The notes under the pieces are model-generated. The model did not search any database and was not told the DNA's origin. It worked only from the letters and a program-made list of their open reading frames with translations. Of a stretch of 7,646 bases of DNA, positions 6,985 through 7,646 are shown piece after piece; positions within the stretch are counted from its first letter, which is position 1, and every line of letters starts with the position of its first letter. The stretch comes from Salpingoeca rosetta (taxonomy: Eukaryota > Protista > Choanoflagellata), in assembly GCA_033442325.1 (NCBI GenBank), contig JAWQFM010000008.1:1517917-1525562 (forward strand), in the 5' to 3' direction. Made by a program: the position numbers and the translations under genes.

Positions 6985-7646
6985 TGCTGATGTGGACGAC
7001 GGCCGGCTGCCCGAAGATGTGCAGCTGCGGCACGTGCTTGGGCAGCGAGCCCGTGACAATCTGCAGCGGTGTCTTGCCGTGGAGGGAAGGGCGAGGCATG
7101 TTGTTGAGGATGTGCAGGGCGTGGTTGCAGGCGAGACTCCAGTACGATGCGTCGAGGCCTGCACCCGTGATCATGGCTCGCACCATGTCGGAGAGGGTGC
7201 GCACCTGTCGCTCGACGATGCCGTTCTGCGCCTGGGTGTACGGCGGGGACTGCTGGTGCTGCTTCAGGTGCTTCTTGACGATGGCCTGGAAGTCAGCTCC
7301 GAGGAAGATGGCATCGGAATCCGTCTGGAGTGCTGTTGTTGTGGGCGAGATGGGGAGCTTGGTCTCGCGCAGGAAAGACTGGAACGCGGCAACTGCGTCC
7401 TTCTTGGCGTTGAGATGGACTGCATGCAGGAGCTTGCTTCCCTCATCGACGATGACGAGGCTGTAGCGCTTGCCCGTGGGTGAGTCCGCGGTCCAGTCGA
7501 CGATGTCGGCGTGGATGCGCTCGCCGGGCACCTGTGTGCGCTCCGCGTGCTTGCTGACGCTGTGACGAGTGCTCTTGGTCACTGCGCACGTTGTACACTG
7601 CTTGCTGCTGATGGCGTTGCGATCGTCGATGCCCATCAGCTTGCAG
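6985..7646 (-). CDS. pol: Copy D: copia integrase (CxxC of HHCC, complete D,D(35)E core), partial at the window edge and cut by LTR3 in the C-terminal domain
   Basis: Motifs CTTC, RIHADI, LQTDSDAIF and QNGIVER, with 35 residues between the second Asp and the Glu. The frame is open and runs on into LTR3 after ...AVVHIS. Confidence 0.92.

Larger units (their letters stand above)
1..7646 (-). mobile_element. Cluster of nested or rearranged copies of a single Ty1/copia LTR retrotransposon family
   Basis: The domain order PR-IN-RT-RNaseH, reconstructed from overlapping fragments, is diagnostic of Ty1/copia. The window also has TG...CA LTRs and polypurine tracts abutting LTRs. All called bases belong to pol or LTR. 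Confidence 0.97.

Noticed and set aside
4398-6989. Target-site consensus or palindromic preference (ATGCAT at 4819-4824, CGTCGA at 6432-6437)
   Set aside because: The four flanks (AAGAT, TGCAT, GTCGA, TGCTG) share no consistent pattern or register, and the sample is too small.
4078-7309. 325-bp direct repeat (4078-4402 and 6985-7309) flanking the LTR1-LTR3 block, as a giant target-site duplication
   Set aside because: The copies differ at about 6 positions and copia target-site duplications are about 5 bp. It is simply the overlap of two different pol copies.
1-7646. Prokaryotic RT systems (retron, DGR, group II intron) or CRISPR; host assignment to a choanoflagellate-like protist
   Set aside because: RT, integrase and LTR motifs are clearly Ty1/copia and there is no repeat-spacer array. 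The host guess rests only on composition (GC-rich codons, CA-rich non-coding DNA) and needs a database search.

Overview
The whole window is eukaryotic Ty1/copia (Pseudoviridae) LTR-retrotransposon sequence from one family, all on the minus strand, with two N gaps (1076-1989, 6023-6124). No host gene, RNA gene or CRISPR array is present. There are four pol fragments: A 1-1075 (protease to integrase core), B 2015-4402 (integrase C-half, RT, RNase H; open frame), C 5366-6437 (RT C-part and RNase H) and D 6985-7646 (integrase). They are interleaved with four LTR copies: a 31-bp remnant at 1990-2020, a truncated LTR at 4403-4824, and two complete 547-bp TG...CA LTRs at 4825-5371 and 6438-6984. The notable feature is the architecture. 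Four LTR ends are joined precisely, at the terminal TG/CA, into the interior of other copies of the same family (integrase twice, RT once, LTR once), always in the same orientation. No primer-binding site and no matching target-site duplication is visible. The copies differ mostly at synonymous sites, so they are distinct, recently functional lineages. This suggests a self-targeting, orientation-biased copia stack, possibly a centromeric or heterochromatic cluster. Recombined autointegration products or misassembly cannot be excluded from this window alone.
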